Of a DNA stretch of 64,000 nucleotides, positions 61,218 through 64,000 are shown one piece after another. The stretch is from Eukaryota sp. GEM-RC1. Lineage: Eukaryota. Below the pieces are notes generated by a model, which was not told where the DNA came from, ran no database searches, and saw only the letters and a list, made by a program, of their open reading frames with translations. The stretch lies in contig JAUFOQ010000003.1 of assembly GCA_040285855.1 (NCBI GenBank), forward strand, positions 2,232,001-2,296,000, written 5' to 3'. Numbering within the stretch: the stretch's first letter is position 1; each line of letters starts with the position of its first letter. Both the position numbers and the translations under genes were made by a program.

Positions 61218-64000
61218 TCAATGGCTCACTACATTTTTCAAATTATTAATCATTCTTCCACGAATTCGTATACACTTTGGACAAGCTTCTCCGTCTAATT
61301 TTGCCAGACATTTTCGATGGTAAAACGATAAACACTTCGGGCATTGATCAACTGAGACTAACATAAAGGAATAGCAAATCTCTTTGGATTTGCACAATTC
61401 ACAATAGAAACCTTTTGAGTGCATAAAACACAATCTTGAGTTATATGAACAACATATTTCTCAATAATGTTCAGTAGAAACTCCACTAACGAGCCGTTCA
61501 AAGCCTCTAGGATGTGTTTCAGTGACAGATTCTGAGTTTCAAGCAAATCAACATAGTTAGCCAGCAACCTTATCAATTCTGATTGATCCTTGCACGTCAG
61601 CAGAAACGGTCTAATCCTTCCTAATTGAAATTTTAAATTCAGCAACCGTGTTAATTGAACTGAATGTTTAGCTATAGGCGTCAACATTGAGACCGGAATT
61701 AACGGACTATCAACAACAGATTCTAAAAAGTACAGTGCAGCGTTTGAAACAAGTTTCGGCCTGGAGTCTAAACGATATACTACCCAGGATGGAATAACAA
61801 ACTCCTTGTTAGCATGACACTCGCGACAAAACCAAGATTCATAATAGTAACAATAACGTGGCCTTAAATGTTTAGGGCCACCAGTGACGAGCAAGCGATT
61901 ACAACGTTCCCCATCACATTGGATTGATTGGTATTTGATTGGAGGTGGACGTAGTACAGGCTGCGTGAGGTTAAGAATTGATTTGGCTGATACAATTGCA
62001 TCTCGATCTTTAATTATGTCAAATGAATCTGAGTAATTCCGAACAAATCCAGTGTGAGGTGATGTTACTTCTGATTGGAAGACAGAATGACCCCCAGTGT
62101 GACGTGATCCGAGGGAATCACGACTCCAATCAGAAAGACAATCAGACGCGACCGACTGTCGACGTGACAGCTGACTAATCAGATCATTTGCCTTATCTAA
62201 TTGTTCCGTCAGTTGTTGATTGTGATGCAGAAGGTCAGAATAGTCTTTGTCTTTCGAACGACGGTGACGTGGCATCCAGACAACAAGGAGGAACCACGTC
62301 ATCATGGGAAAGATCGTTTAGCATCATCGTTGGGGAACTACTGGCGTTGAGCGTTGTGAAAGGCGAGGTCGTACAAAGTAATCGTGAAGAAACAGAAGTT
62401 CTAGCAACTCGCTGTTCTTGTGGAGTGACATTGAGAGGTTCTATAGGAGGAGAAGGAAATCTAGGGGAAGGAAATCTAGGGGACGGGGTGAATTCCCTAT
62501 CTGTAGAGAAGTCTGATAGGTCATAACAATGGGGATCAAAGACTGGACTAATTGGGCAAGGAAGATCTTGAGTGGTTTCTAAAGGGGATTCATCAGAGGA
62601 GGAATATGACTCTGTCACGTAATCTGATTGTTCTGCGGTAGAAACGACTTTGGTATCTGAATTATCAAGACTGAATTCCGACCCTGACACGTCATTTGAT
62701 TGATCTTCAGCGGAAACTATTTTGGGATCAGTTTTCTCGACACAAAATTGCGACTGTGACACGTCATCTGATTGATCTTCAGCAGAAACCACATTAGAAT
62801 CAACATTAACGACACTAAATTTCGACTCTGACACATCATGTGATTGATCTTCAGCAGAAACTATTTCGGAATCAACATTATCGACACTAAATTTCGACTC
62901 TGTCACGTCATCTGATTGATCTTCAGCAGAAACTATTTCGGAATCAACATTATCGACACTAAATTTCGACTCTGTCACGTCATCTGATTGATCTTCAGCA
63001 GAAACTATTTCGGAATCAACATTATCGACACTAAATTTCGACTCTGTCACGTCATCTGATTGATCTTCAGCAGAAACTATTTCGGAATCAACATTATCGA
63101 CACCAAATTTCGACTCTGTCACGTCATCTGATTGCGGGAATACTGGCTGGCTAATTAACTGTTCAAGAAACTCAACACTAGAGCATCCCAAATCTTCAAA
63201 TGAGTCACTTTTCTTAACTGGTAGTACTTTTGATAAATGATTGTTCTGTATCAACTCGTCTTTTAGAGTTAAAACTTTTGTTGAATCGTCATCTTGATTG
63301 CTTTGGAAATTGGCAAGTCTTTTTGGACGAGTTCTTTTCCTAATTCGATTTTCAGAAACATTATTATTCATGAAATTTTTAATTATCATCGCTGCTTGTT
63401 CACTTTCTTCACATTCAAACGTCTTCTGTGCATATGCTACAGCTTTTTCTAGATACTTTTCCCCATCTTCTTTCATATCTTTTGAAGCTAGGTATACTGA
63501 GCGGTCATAAAGGACGTTAGCCAAATGGGCGTAGAACCAGGCATCAGATTGATCTGATTGAGATTGAGAGATGGTATCAAAAGCATCAGAGAAAGAGTCA
63601 GATTTAATCTGGAGCTTCAACCAGTGTGGCAGAGCAGCAGGATGGTGCTCAATGATGTGACTAAAAACATCTAATCCAGCCTTGTCCTTCATGTATTTAG
63701 AGAAATAGTCTGATAAATTGACAAAAACAGGATGGTTTGAGTTGATGGGAGAAATTGAGAGAAGTTGGGTGAGTGAAGATAGAAGGATTGGAATGGTTTC
63801 TTCTTCAAAGCTAGGCTCGTAATGAATAGTGACGTTAGAAGGCAAGACGTGCCGGCAAAAGAGGAGATCCTAGTCTCATTCCAGAGAGTCTCATCACACT
63901 TCTCTACTTCTTCATTTGAGTGGACGTCGATGAAGGAGATGGTAGGGGATCCTGTTTCGAGACTGTGCACACGGAGATCTGTTTGGGAGATAGGATTGTA
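61218..64000 (-). CDS. Rubicon-homology (PLEKHM1/DEF8/RUBCN-like) domain protein with internal tandem repeats; 5' end uncertain; frameshifted
   Basis: RYCYYYESWFCRECH...VIPSWVV...VS...HITQDCVLC..KGFYCELC...CPKC...YHRKC...CPKC.RIR. Confidence 0.8.
62600..63134 (-). repeat. Coding minisatellite, 72-bp unit (24 aa QSDDVTESKFSVDNVDSEIVSAED), about 7 copies
   Basis: tgattgatcttcagcagaaactatttcgg... recurs at 62841, 62913, 62985 and 63057, with diverging copies toward 62600. Confidence 0.95.

Noticed and set aside
62600..63134. CRISPR array
   Set aside because: The units are contiguous, in-frame and coding, with no unique spacers and no cas genes.
137..63510. Numerous short ORFs antisense or out of frame to recognised genes (e.g. 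137..523, 6842..7300, 31305..31658, 40390..40725, 55804..56208)
   Set aside because: They are shadows of real genes with no motifs of their own.
1..64000. tRNA or rRNA genes
   Set aside because: No cloverleaf or rRNA-like segment was recognised by eye. A covariance-model scan would be needed to exclude them.

Overview
This is gene-dense, AT-rich, intron-poor DNA from a single-celled eukaryote. Short GT-AG introns with the branch point next to the 3' splice site and bacterial-type genes suggest an anaerobic protist such as a metamonad (inference). TAA, TAG and TGA all end intact genes, so the code is standard. Many genes are split by 1-bp indels in homopolymer runs, most likely long-read assembly errors. 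Recognisable genes: RRP3/DDX47, an XMAP215-family protein with unusual TOG order, DNA polymerase alpha, ABCE1, an extended SDR, CHMP7, THG1, GNA1, SND2/TMEM208, a protein kinase, a BRO1 protein, UTP20, a Rubicon-homology protein, and two bacterial-type genes (DUF5692-like membrane protein, PLP-dependent enzyme). Intergenic islands hold three hAT-like MITEs with 8-bp TSDs (one nested in a TA-flanked MITE), two 57-bp TA-flanked micro-elements, four relics of RLE-type non-LTR retrotransposons, a Pif1 fragment and a deoxynucleoside kinase pseudogene. The standout is a Fanzor1-like (eukaryotic TnpB) RNA-guided nuclease gene at 39.76-41.38 kb (minus strand). It retains the RuvC D/E/D triad and is followed by a structured omega-RNA candidate. 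All family calls are by motif recognition; no searches were run.
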